DNA of 64,000 bases from Eledone cirrhosa (Eukaryota), in the NCBI GenBank assembly GCA_964016885.1, contig OZ024742.1, forward strand, positions 347,076,001 to 347,140,000, given 5' to 3'. Position numbers and translations under genes: made by a program. This document shows, one piece after another, positions 23,755 to 34,139 of the stretch; the stretch's first letter is position 1, and each line of letters begins with the position of its first letter. The notes under the pieces are model-generated. The model did no database searches, was not told where the DNA came from, and saw nothing but the letters and a program-made list of their open reading frames with translations.

Positions 23755-26700
23755 TTAGGTAAGGCGGGTCTTCTCTGTTACTGAGTACCGCCAAAGGTCT
23801 CGGTCCAGTGACATTGTCTTGGAGAGGTGTAAGTGTGTGATGTCGGAGTTTATCAGCTCGTCCCAGGTTTTTCTAGGTCTGCCTATTCCGTGACTACCGT
23901 CTATCTTTATTGCCCTGCACTTTGTTATACAGCTATCGACTTTCATGCGCATCACGTGTCCATACCAACGTAGCCTTCTCTCGAGTAAACAACATCTGAT
24001 CCCTCTTATCTCTAATTTTTTCCTTAGTTCGTTTATGCTTTGCCGTTCCCGTATATTACTGTTACACATCCAGCGGAGCATGCAAGCTTCGTTCCTCTCT
24101 AGTCTGCGTATATCCTCTGCACACAATGCCCAGGTCTCACTGCCATGCAGCATTGCTGTTCGTATGCAGGCATCGTACAACCTGCCTTTCATTTTTAGTG
24201 AGAACCCTTTAGCAGCTAATAGTGGTATAAGCTCTCTGAACTTTTTCCAACCAGTTCTGACTCTAGCTACAGTACTTTCAGAGCACCCTCCCCCACTGCT
24301 GATTTTATCGCCCAGGTAACGGAAGCTGTCCACTATTTCTATAGAACCCTCTGCGCAATTGAAAGAGCTAGTAGTTTGTGGGCACTTGCTGCTACTTATT
24401 GCACCAGAGCACCGGCCACATGTAAAATCTATGTTCTTAGTTAGCTTACCTGTGATCCCACTACATCTTTTATGCACCCATACTTTGCATTTAGGACATA
24501 AAATGGAGTTTCTACCTACGCCTTTCCTACACACCGAGCACGACCATTTCCCAGAAGGGACCGCCGCCTTGTTTTCTTTCCTACAAACTAGTACTTTGGT
24601 CTTAGCCAGGTTAATTTTAAGTCCTTTTGACTCTAGGCCGTGCTTCCATGTTTGGAATTTCTTCTCTAGCTCGGCCATTGATTCCGCTATGAGTGTCAGG
24701 TCGTCTGCGTATAGGAGTTCCCATGGGCAGCCTGTCTTGAACTCCTCTATTATAGCCTGAAGGGCAATAATAAATAGTAGTGGACTGAGAACAGAGCCCT
24801 GATGGACGCCAACTTTTACGCTAAACTCTTCACTATATTCGTTGTTAATTCTAACCTTGCTGACTGTTTCTTTATACATGGCTTGTATAGCCCTCACAAG
24901 CCATTCGTCAACGCCTAGTTTTCTAAGAGCCCACCAGATAATGGAGCGGGGGACTCTGTCGAAGGCTTTCTCCAAGTCGACAAAAGCTAAGTAGAGGGGT
25001 TTACCTTTAGCTAGGTACTTCTCCTGTAGTTGTCGTACTATGAAAAGAGCGTCTGTGGTACTTTTGCCTGACACAAACCCGAACTGCATTTCATCTAGGT
25101 CAATTCTCTCTCTGATTAGTTGCGCTATTACTCTTTCCGTGACCTTCATGACCTGGTCGATTAATTTAATGCCTCTATAGTTACTCCTATCTAGGGCGTC
25201 TCCTTTACCCTTATAACAGTTAACGATGATGCTGCTATGCCAGTCCTTCGGAACAACCCCATTCTGTACGACTTGGTTAACTATGCGGGTGACCATGGTG
25301 TGTCCCACCGTGCCAGATGCCTTCAGCATCTCAGCAACTATTTCCGAAGGCCCAGCCGCCTTACCAGTCTTCATATCCTTGATTGCCTTACTTATTATAC
25401 TCCCCTCGACTAACACTGCTGGTCCCTCTATTGGGTCGATATGGGGGAGACTGCCTTTCTCCCAATTATTCTCCTCATTTAGAAGCCTTTCATAGTGACA
25501 CTTCCAAGCTACCTTCTTATCAGCGTCGGTGATGGCAAGTGTGCCATCGTCGTTTAGTACACACTTCTCCCCGACAATATCACGGTTTTCCTTGACGCAT
25601 TGCCTAGCAATCCTGAACACCTCACGTTTTTGGTCATCGCGTTGTAGAACATGCTTGAACTTTCTTTCCTCAGCTTCCCTTCTTGCTAAGTACACTTGTC
25701 TCCTAGCTTCCCTCCTGGCCACTTGATAGTCCTCTCTACTTCCCCCATCCCGCCATACTTTCCAAGCCTGCTTTTTGGCCTTAATTGACCCCTCCACCTT
25801 ACTGTTCCACCACCATGTTACTCTCCTCCTGCCTACAGGCCTGCTCCAGCCACAGACCTCGTCTGTCGCCAACAGCAGGTTTGCTTTCAGAAATTCCCAC
25901 TCTCCCTCTATATTGTCCGACTCTAAATGTTCTTCCTTACTGTCGAAAGCATCAAGTAATATGCTTTGAAATTTATTCCTGGCTGTGGGGTCCTTTAGCT
26001 TCCATATTTTCCTCCTGAGGATAGTCCTCTTCTGTTGTCGAGTACGTCTCGTCCTGACTATGAGGTCGCTAATTATCAGTCTATGTTGGGAGGTGCATTC
26101 TTCATGGGGGAGGGATTTAGTGTTAACAACAGACACTCTGTCACGTCTTCTGGTAAGGATATAATCTACCTGGCTTGTGTGTTCCCCGGATCTATAGGTG
26201 ATCAGGTGATTGTCACGTTTTTTGAAGTTAGTGTTAGAGATAGTTAGGTTATTTGCATCACAGAATTCCAGGATTCTGGAGCCTTCCTCATTTCTAGTAC
26301 CAAACCCATAGCCTCCATGGATTTCGTCGTAGCCGTCACAATGTTGTCCAACGTGACCATTTAGGTCGCCTGCGATAATTATATAGTCACTGTCGGATAT
26401 TTGGGAGGTAGTTAGCATCAGTGTCTCATAGAATCTGTCTTTTATAGTGCCGGGCAGTCCGGATTGGGGTGCGTACGCAGATATTACTGTCACCGCAGTT
26501 CTATTGAGGACAAGTCGTATTTTAATTATTCTGTCGTTCACTCTATTTACGTCTATTATCTTATCTGCCCACTTTTCTGCTACCATGATTCCTACTCCAC
26601 CCAGCCCATCGTCGTTTCCCACCCAGAAAAGCTTATAACATCGTTTTTTACCCTCAATGAACCTAGCAGACCCACCCCTCCACCTGGTCTCTTGAATACA

Positions 26701-27195
26701 ACAAACATCGACCTCCTTACGTTCAAGCATTTCTACAACCTCGTTAGCGCGACCCTTTAGGGTGCCTACATTTATGGTACCAACTCTGAAGTTTGGGATT
26801 GCGTTTGGGGGTTGGGGGCGGTGAGGGGCGGGGGGCGATGGGGTTATGTTAGCCGTCCGCGGTCGAAACAATGAGGAGTGCTCGCATTCTCGTCCAAGGG
26901 GTGAATTTGTCTTTATCTTTGGCATTGTCGCTGAGCGTCCAGATTTTTCTCTCTCACCTCCACTCTCCAGGATTCCGCAGTCCATCCATCCATCATATAT
27001 CGTATATCGAAAGGCAACCAGGCAAGCGATAGTATAGGCCTCTGGTTTCTGATTGGTCCGCGTAATAATACTGGTGATGCGTGGGGGCTCTGTTTTATGA
27101 TTGGTCCACGTAATAGCAATGGTGGTGTGTGGCGGTGGGAGGGAGGGGTGTTGGGTAGCTAGCAAGAAGGTAATGATTGAGTGGGGTCCATGCAT
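23755..27195 (-). CDS. RTE LINE ORF: APE endonuclease - reverse transcriptase - PHD-type zinc finger
   Basis: Uninterrupted 1146-aa frame with APE motifs (TINVGTL, IQETRW, AYAPQ, GDLNGH, QVDYIL, SQHRL), RT motifs (QFGF, FVDLEKAFDRVP, GVHQGSVLSPLLF, YADD) and C-terminal GRPRKTW. The true start may be the ATG at 26925 (MPKIK). Confidence 0.93.
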   Translation of the reverse strand: MHGPHSIITFLLATQHPSLPPPHTTIAITWTNHKTEPPRITSIITRTNQKPEAYTIACLVAFRYTIYDGWMDCGILESGGEREKSGRSATMPKIKTNSPLGRECEHSSLFRPRTANITPSPPAPHRPQPPNAIPNFRVGTINVGTLKGRANEVVEMLERKEVDVCCIQETRWRGGSARFIEGKKRCYKLFWVGNDDGLGGVGIMVAEKWADKIIDVNRVNDRIIKIRLVLNRTAVTVISAYAPQSGLPGTIKDRFYETLMLTTSQISDSDYIIIAGDLNGHVGQHCDGYDEIHGGYGFGTRNEEGSRILEFCDANNLTISNTNFKKRDNHLITYRSGEHTSQVDYILTRRRDRVSVVNTKSLPHEECTSQHRLIISDLIVRTRRTRQQKRTILRRKIWKLKDPTARNKFQSILLDAFDSKEEHLESDNIEGEWEFLKANLLLATDEVCGWSRPVGRRRVTWWWNSKVEGSIKAKKQAWKVWRDGGSREDYQVARREARRQVYLARREAEERKFKHVLQRDDQKREVFRIARQCVKENRDIVGEKCVLNDDGTLAITDADKKVAWKCHYERLLNEENNWEKGSLPHIDPIEGPAVLVEGSIISKAIKDMKTGKAAGPSEIVAEMLKASGTVGHTMVTRIVNQVVQNGVVPKDWHSSIIVNCYKGKGDALDRSNYRGIKLIDQVMKVTERVIAQLIRERIDLDEMQFGFVSGKSTTDALFIVRQLQEKYLAKGKPLYLAFVDLEKAFDRVPRSIIWWALRKLGVDEWLVRAIQAMYKETVSKVRINNEYSEEFSVKVGVHQGSVLSPLLFIIALQAIIEEFKTGCPWELLYADDLTLIAESMAELEKKFQTWKHGLESKGLKINLAKTKVLVCRKENKAAVPSGKWSCSVCRKGVGRNSILCPKCKVWVHKRCSGITGKLTKNIDFTCGRCSGAISSSKCPQTTSSFNCAEGSIEIVDSFRYLGDKISSGGGCSESTVARVRTGWKKFRELIPLLAAKGFSLKMKGRLYDACIRTAMLHGSETWALCAEDIRRLERNEACMLRWMCNSNIRERQSINELRKKLEIRGIRCCLLERRLRWYGHVMRMKVDSCITKCRAIKIDGSHGIGRPRKTWDELINSDITHLHLSKTMSLDRDLWRYSVTEKTRLT

Positions 27196-28290
27196 TTAAC
27201 AAGCGATTAACAAAAATACAAAATTTGTTCTGTTAAATACGTCCAAAAACCTACGTATTTAGCACTTAATAGAAACAGAAAATGTAGTTTGTTTTAGCGA
27301 TAGATTGGCTATTTGGACTTGATACGAAATATGGATTGTTTTGAAAATACGCTAGGAGAGAGAGAGAGAGAGATGAAGTCTGTACATTACGTTTACATGA
27401 ATTTCGTGGGACAGCAAGCAATGAAATGAAATTTGGCGAAGTGAATTCCTATCATATATTTATAGGGAGAGAGAGAGAGAGTGAGAGAGAGCGAGGGTAG
27501 GGGGCCACATGATGGCTGTGGGTGTTAGGCGTTTGACCGCCCCGTGCCTTCGAAGAAGGAAGAAGGAAAGGATTTTGCTTTTTTTGTTTTGAAGATACGC
27601 TAGAATTAGGGATTGGGGTTTGAAAATACGTTAGGAATTAAGGTTTGAAAATAGCTAGCAAGAAGGTAATGATTGAGTGGGGTCCATGCATTTAACAAGC
27701 GATTAACAAAAATACAAAATTTGTTCTGTTAAATACGTCCAAAAACCTACGTATTTAGCACTTAATAGAAACAGAAAATGTAGTTTGTTTTAGCGATAGA
27801 TTGGCTATTTGGACTTGATACGAAATATGGATTGTTTTGAAAATACGCTAGGAGAGAGAGAGAGAGAGATGAAGTCTGTACATTACGTTTACATGAATTT
27901 CGTGGGACAGCAAGCAATGAAATGAAATTTGGCGAAGTGAATTCCTATCATATATTTATAGGGAGAGAGAGAGAGAGTGAGAGAGAGCGAGGGTAGGGGG
28001 CCACATGATGGCTGTGGGTGTTAGGCGTTTGACCGCCCCGTGCCTTCGAAGAAGGAAGAAGGAAAGGATTTTGCTTTTTTTGTTTTGAAGATACGCTAGA
28101 ATTAGGGATTGGGGTTTGAAAATACGTTAGGAATTAAGGTTTGAAAATAGCTAGCAAGAAGGTAATGATTGAGTGGGGTCCATGCATTTAACAAGCGATT
28201 AACAAAAATACAAAATTTGTTCTGTTAAATACGTCCAAAAACCTACGTATTTAGCACTTAATAGAAACAGAAAATGTAGTTTGTTTTAGC
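27156..28290. repeat. 496-bp tandem repeat, ~2.3 copies, forming the RTE 5' UTR
   Basis: Unit start 'tagctagcaagaaggtaatgattgagtgggg' recurs at 27156, 27652 and 28148; copies look identical by eye. Confidence 0.93.
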
Positions 28291-28305
28291 AATATATATA
28301 TATAT

Positions 28306-28680
28306 GTATAATTAATATCAATAATATTAATAAATGGAAAATGTCTTTATAAAACCATATTTATTTTATTATACATATTTCAAGGGTACTAATATTTTAG
28401 TACATTGAAGATGAACTTATAACATAAAGTTCATATGAAGATATGTCACTATCTTTAAACCAAATATATTGTATTTTATCTGACAAAAGCATACTAAATA
28501 CTAAAATATTGGTACCCTTGAAATATGTATAATAAAATAAATATGGTTTTATAAAGATATTTTCCATTTATTAATATTATTGATATTAATTATACTCCGA
28601 AAAAAAAACTGCTGGGTGCTTCTAATGTGTTATAAATTAATTTTGTTAAATAATCAACAAAACAAATAACTCATTGTTTA
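28306..28680 (+). mobile_element. Fold-back element homologous to 10618-10905 and 50292-50484
   Basis: Arms 28306-28402 and 28499-28595; degenerate hammerhead (CTGACAA...GAAA) with perfect stem I TATTTTAT/ATAAAATA; shared 'aatatggttttataaa...ttccatttatt' block. Confidence 0.7.
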
Positions 28681-29617
28681 TATATATATATCATCATCAT
28701 TCACATTATCATCATTTTAGATGATCCTCTAAGAGTTGTGACTCATAAAGAAAAGAAGCTATTCAAAACATAGAATGCAGGTATTGGAAAGTGTGTTAGA
28801 GAAGAGGATAAGGAAAAAGTGAAGATTGATGAAATGCAGTTTGGGTTTGTGTCAAGAAATGGAACAAGAAAGGCAATTTTTATTGTACAGGGTCAAGAGG
28901 AAGACATTGTTTTGGGGGGTTTGTTGATCTGGAAAAAGCGTTGGATAGGGTTCCACACGAAGTAGTGACATGGGCACTGAAGATGGTTGGTGGTGGAGAA
29001 ATGGTTGGTTAAAGTAGTAATGACACTAATAGGAACAGTGAGGAGTTTGAAGTGAAGGTTGGAGTACATCAGGGATCAGAATTAAACCCACTACTATTTG
29101 TAGTTGTGATGGGGGTACTGGTCTGAAGCTTAAAAGAGGGTTTATCGTGGGAGTTGGTGTATATAAATGACCTGGTGTTAATATCAGAGAGCATGGATGG
29201 ACTGAGGAAGGTGATGAACAGGTGGAAGGAATGTATGGAAGTAAAAGGTATGAAGGTGAATATTGGAAGACAAAGATGATGGTAAAGTATGTAGTGAGAT
29301 GGAAGGAACAGGAAGGTGGCCATGTGTAGTGGGCAAGAAGGGTGTTGGAGTGAACTCCTTTAAATGTATGATATACACTGGGTGGATACATTGAGAGTGT
29401 AGTAGTGTGAAGAGATTTAAATATGTGGAGGGAGCTACAGATAGAGATGTTGAGCTGGATCTTGGGAATGGTGTGAAGATAGATGTGAAAATGTCTTGGA
29501 GACATGTTGAATGTGGTATCTTTTGTGAGATATACATGGAAGAAGTTATAGGAACTGAGTGGTGTATTAATATGGAGGGAGGGTGATGCTGAAACTGAAG
29601 GGAATGGTATATGCTGC

Positions 29618-29619
<2 letters not shown>

Positions 29620-29659
<40 letters not shown>

Positions 29660-31313
29660 AATATTGTGTACAGTGCTCAGGTGCACTACAACTCATCAAA
29701 GGTGCATGTATAGTACATAGAATAATGTACAAATGTCAGGGAAGTGAATAGTGTATGAGTCATGAAATACATGTGTGCATGTGTATGGAGGGGGGGCATC
29801 AGGTGTAGTGTTGGCGAATCTCAGGAAGCATGGGGGTTTTAAAGGGTGCAGTGTCTCGGGTGCTAACAACTGATGCAGGGAGTTTGTTCCATGGAGGTTT
29901 TAAAGGATGCAGTGTCTCGACAGCTAACAACTGATGCAGGTAGTTTGTTCCATGGAGGTTTTAAAGGATGCAATGTCTCGACAGCTAACAACTGATGCAG
30001 GTAGTTTGTTCCATGGAGGTTTTAAAGGGTGCAGTGTCTCGACAGCTAACAACTGATGCAGGTAGTTTGTTCCATGGAGGTTTTAAAGGATGCAGTTTCT
30101 CGACAGCTAACAACTGATGCAGGTAGTTTGTTCCATGGAGGTTTTAAAGGATGCAGTTTCTCGACAGCTAACAACTGATGCAGGTAGTTTGTTCCATGGA
30201 GGTTTTAAAGGGTGCAGTTTCTCGACAGCTAACAACTGATGCAGATAGTTTGTTCCATGGAGGTTTTAAAGGATGCAGTGTCTCGACAGCTAACAACTGA
30301 TGCAGGTAGTTTGTTCCATGGAGGTTTTAAAGGGTGCAGTGTCTCGACTGCTAACAACTGATGCAGATAGTTTGTTCCATGGAGGTTTTAAAGGGTGCAG
30401 TGTCTCGACAGCTAACAACTGATGCAGATAGTTTGTTCCATGGAGGTTTTAAAGGATGCAGTTTCTCGACTGCTAACAACTGATGCAGATAGTTTGTTCC
30501 ATGGAGGTTTTAAAGGGTGCAGTGTCTCGACAGCTAACAACTGATGCAGGTAGTTTGTTCCATGGAGGTTTTAAAGGATGCAGTTTCTCGACTGCTAACA
30601 ACTGATGCAGATAGTTTGTTCCATGGAGGTTTTAAAGGGTGCAGTGTCTTGACAGCTAACAACTGATGCAGGTAGTTTGTTCCATGGAGGTTTTAAAGGA
30701 TGCAGTTTCTCGACTGCTAACAACTGATGCAGATAGTTTGTTCCATGGAGGTTTTAAAGGGTGCAGTGTCTCGACAGCTAACAACTGATGCAGGTAGTTT
30801 GTTCCATGGAGGTTTTAAAGGGTGCAGTGTCTTGACAGTTAACAACTGATGCAGGTAGTTTGTTCCATGGAGGTTTTAAAGGGTGCAGTTTCTCGACAGC
30901 TAACAACTGATGCAGGTAGTTTGTTCCATGGAGGTTTTAAAGGATGCAGTGTCTCGACAGCTAACAACTGATGCAGGTAGTTTGTTCCATGGAGGTTTTA
31001 AAGGATGCAGTGTCTCGACAGCTAACAACTGATGCAGGTAGTTTGTTCCATGGAGGTTTTAAAGGATGCAGTTTCTCGACTGCTAACAACTGATGCATGT
31101 AGTTTGTTCCATGGAGGTTTTAAAGGATGCAGTGTCTCGACAGCTAACAACTGATGCAGGTAGTTTGTTCCATGGAGGTTTTAAAGGATGCAGTGTCTCG
31201 ACAGCTAACAACTGATGCAGGGAGTTTGTTCCATGGAGGTTTTAAAGGATACAGTGTCTCGACAGCTAACAACTGATGCAGGGAGTTTGTTCCATGCTTC
31301 AGCAACTCTGAGC
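29620..31313 (-). mobile_element. CR1-like LINE 3' end carrying an expanded 61-bp minisatellite
   Basis: Reverse complement of the copy at 31551-31930; (TTA)n tail at 29620-29657; encodes LRVAEAWNKLPASVVSCRDTASFKTS. Confidence 0.8.
29830..31294. repeat. 61-bp minisatellite, ~24 copies
   Basis: Unit ggaggttttaaaggatgcagtgtctcgacagctaacaactgatgcaggtagtttgttccat; 'agtttgttcc' recurs at 29881, 29942, 30003. Confidence 0.95.
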
Positions 31314-31550
31314 GTGAGAAGTGTCATGATTTATGGGAGTAAGACAGAGAGTGATGGAAAGAGTGGCAATGAGAATGATCCAGTGGATGAGTGGAATCAG
31401 GGCCTGATTTAATGGGGATCAAAGAAGGCAATCGCCCCAAGCCCCTGCAGTGAGAACCCTACCAGCGACAGCCATAGCAATCTGTGCCCTCTGCTGTGCT
31501 TTTTAGTTTTATCCCTTCGACAACAAGAAGTATATTTTTAACAAAAAGTA

Positions 31551-31930
31551 TTTAATGTCTAACACCAGTGGACATGCCTACAAAGTCAGAAAACATCACA
31601 GCTCCCATGACTTTTGGAAACATTTTTTCATACTCAGAGTTGCTGAAGCATGGAACAAACTACCTACATCAGTTGTTAGCAGCTGGGACACTGCATCCTT
31701 TAAAACCTCCATGCTTCCTGAGATTCGCCAACACTACACCTGATGCCCCCCCCCCCCCTCCATACACACACACGTGCGTGTGTATGTGTATGGTGTGCAC
31801 GTATCATGACTCATAAACTGTTCACTTTCCTGACATTTATACATTATTCTATGTACTATACATGCACCTTTGATGAGTTGTAGTGCACCTGAACACTGTA
31901 CACAATAATTTTCATTATTATTATTATTTA
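31551..31930 (+). mobile_element. CR1-like LINE 3' end
   Basis: NTSGHAYKV...HFFILRVAEAWNKLPTSVV...FK matches the CR1-clade 'TRGH..KL...FF..RV...WN.LP..VV....FK' terminus; short 3' UTR and (TTA)n tail. Confidence 0.82.
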
Positions 31931-31955
31931 ATTAGAAGAGAATTGTTTGTGTTAC

Positions 31956-32058
31956 CTCTGTATGACCATTTAGCAACCTCCACACCTGTTTCAGGTATGG
32001 TTGCTATGACAACTGGAACAGCAGCATAAAGGTTGAAATCATCAAATGCCGTATCAAT
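31956..32058 (-). CDS. ARRDC-like gene, penultimate exon (end of arrestin C-domain); absent from the ORF track
   Basis: IDTAFDDFNLYAAVPVVIATIPETGVEVAKWSYR-G; 'VPVVIATIP' matches the terminal 'LPI.IGTIP' strand of alpha-arrestins. TTTCAG acceptor, GTAACA donor; phase 0/1. Confidence 0.85.
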
Positions 32059-32663
32059 CTGAAATAGACCAGCAGACCATGTCAGTATTTCTCAGGAAAC
32101 CATTTACAAGACATGTTATTTTAATTTACTTACCCAAGCGTGGAAATAAAGCCACTTAGTATACAAGGGGACACTGAGAAAGAGAGAAGATGACACAGAG
32201 AGAATATATAATTAAAGGACAGAAAAGATAACAACTGATGCTGTTTAACCCTTTTATCACCATATTTCTGAGATGAGAGGAAATAAATGAGGAAGGAAGT
32301 AGAGGAAGATGATGACCAAGAGAGGATAAAGATGATGGAGGAAATGAAAGTTGGTGAGGTGGTGGTGGTGGGGGGGGGGGGGGTTAAATGTTTTGGGGCA
32401 AAATGAAGAAGCCTGAAATGATCCTGCAAGGCTAACCCCTGTTTTTAGTAGAGAAATTACCTTAAAATCATTGTTGTATATTTAATGAAGATCAATGTTA
32501 ACGATTTTCAAATCGCTTTGAAAATAATAAAGAATTTTAAAGGATTTAGAAATATAGTTAACTTCCTATATATTGATCTGGTGTTTAGAGCATAACTTAA
32601 CATTCTTACATAAAATTGTGTGGGAAGGGTTTTAGATAAATATAATATATATATATATATATA

Positions 32664-33445
32664 TCATCATCATCATCATCATCACCGTTTTACGTCCGTT
32701 CTTCCACGCTAGCATGGGTTAGACGGGTTGTCCTGTTGTGGGCAGTGTCTGGTCGGCTGACCATGCCTTGCTCATACAGGAACTGACCTGGCTTGATTTC
32801 TACAGCTGGATGCCCTTCCTAACACCAACCTCATTTACAGTGAGTGCTGGGTGCTTTTTCGTGGCGCCTACACGTCCACTTTACAGTGTGGGCTGGGTGC
32901 TTTTTTGCCGTGGCACCTCCACGACCACCTTGCGGTGAGGGGAGTGGGGGCATATTGTTTATATGCTTCAGCATGTACCCATGGGAGGTCGGGTACCCTG
33001 TATTACTGCGTGACGCCAGAAGTCACGGTCGTGTGTCATTGACTTTGAGAGGTGTAGTTGGGTAAGGTCGGCTTTTATCACCTCATCCCAAGTCATCTTG
33101 GGTCTCCCCACTCCGCGGTTTCCATCAACTTCTAGTGCTCTGCACCTTTTTATGCAGCTGTCATCCTTCATACGCATCACATGTCCATACCAGCGTAACC
33201 GCCTCTCCTGCACGCAGCATTTGATTCCTCTTATGCTCAGTCTCTCTCTCAATTCCTTTATGCTTTGTCGTTCACGTATATTACTGTTACACATCCATCG
33301 GAGCATGCAGGCTTCGTTTCTCTCTAATCTACGTAAGTCTTCCACCTTCAGCGCCCAGGTCTCACTACCATGCAACATCGCTGTTCTGATACACGCATCA
33401 TACAGTCTGCCTTTCATTCTGAGGGAGAAGCCTTTTGCAGCTAGC
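32664..33445 (-). mobile_element. 5'-truncated RTE LINE, second subfamily
   Basis: LAAKGFSLRMKGRLYDACIRTAMLHGSETWALKVEDLRRLERNE...GRPKMTW; own 3' UTR; (GAT)n tail. Confidence 0.92.
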
Positions 33446-33962
33446 AACAACACCAACAACACCAACAACAACACCACCAACAACACCACCACCACCAAGA
33501 ACAACACCACCCCCACCACCCCACCACCACTACCAACACCAACACCATATATACAACGGCAGTGCCCCAGCATGGCCTCACCCTGTTGGCTGGAACATGT
33601 AATAGAGTAATATATCATTATCATCATCATTGTTTAACATCTATTTTCCACGCTAGCATGGGTTAGACAGGTTTGTCCCCATTTAGAGGCAAGTTGGGTC
33701 GAGTGACCATGTCTCGCTCATATAGGACTGTTTCTGGCTGGTTTTCTATGGCTGCCCCTATATATATGGATTTTTACCCAGACTCTACTTGAACTTCCAC
33801 TTGGATATCTTTTCACCTTACTGGATTTTCTGATTACTTTTTGCTTTATACCAATACACCACGACTCACTACTACTTTCCCTCCACTATTCTCTTCTGAC
33901 TACTCCCTCCCACTTCCCACTTTCCCTCTATCTTTCTATTTCTTCTTTCACTTCTCATTCTA

Positions 33963-33998
33963 TTTTCTGATGAAGAACTAGTATCTGAAACGTTAAGA
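33963..33998 (+). ncRNA. Putative minimal type I hammerhead motif
   Basis: TTTT-CTGATGA-AGA(ACTAGTA)TCT-GAAA-CGT-T-AAGA: intact core, 3-bp stem II, palindromic helix III, weak stem I. Confidence 0.45.
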
Positions 33999-34085
33999 CA
34001 CTTTTCCTACTATATCAAGCATAAAACTTATAATATATTTCTTCATTGTACTGTGTCGTTTGCTTTGTTATTTCTGTTTGCTTTT

Positions 34086-34126
<41 letters not shown>

Positions 34127-34139
34127 CATACTCTTCTCC

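Larger units (their letters stand above)
23357..28290 (-). mobile_element. Full-length RTE-clade LINE retrotransposon
   Basis: Single long ORF with APE endonuclease and RT; ~400-bp 3' UTR ending in a (GAT)n tail at 23357-23376; 5' region of 496-bp tandem monomers; (TA)n on both flanks. Confidence 0.95.
28780..31400 (+). mobile_element. Old degenerate RTE RT fragment interrupted by a CR1-like insertion
   Basis: IDEMQFGFV and FVDLEKA.DRVP with stops and frameshifts (28780-29618); the frame resumes after the insertion as VRSVMIYGSKT...RMIQWMSG (31314-31400). Confidence 0.75.

Noticed and set aside
29830-31294. CRISPR-like 61-bp periodicity
   Set aside because: The whole unit is repeated without spacers and derives from a CR1 LINE.
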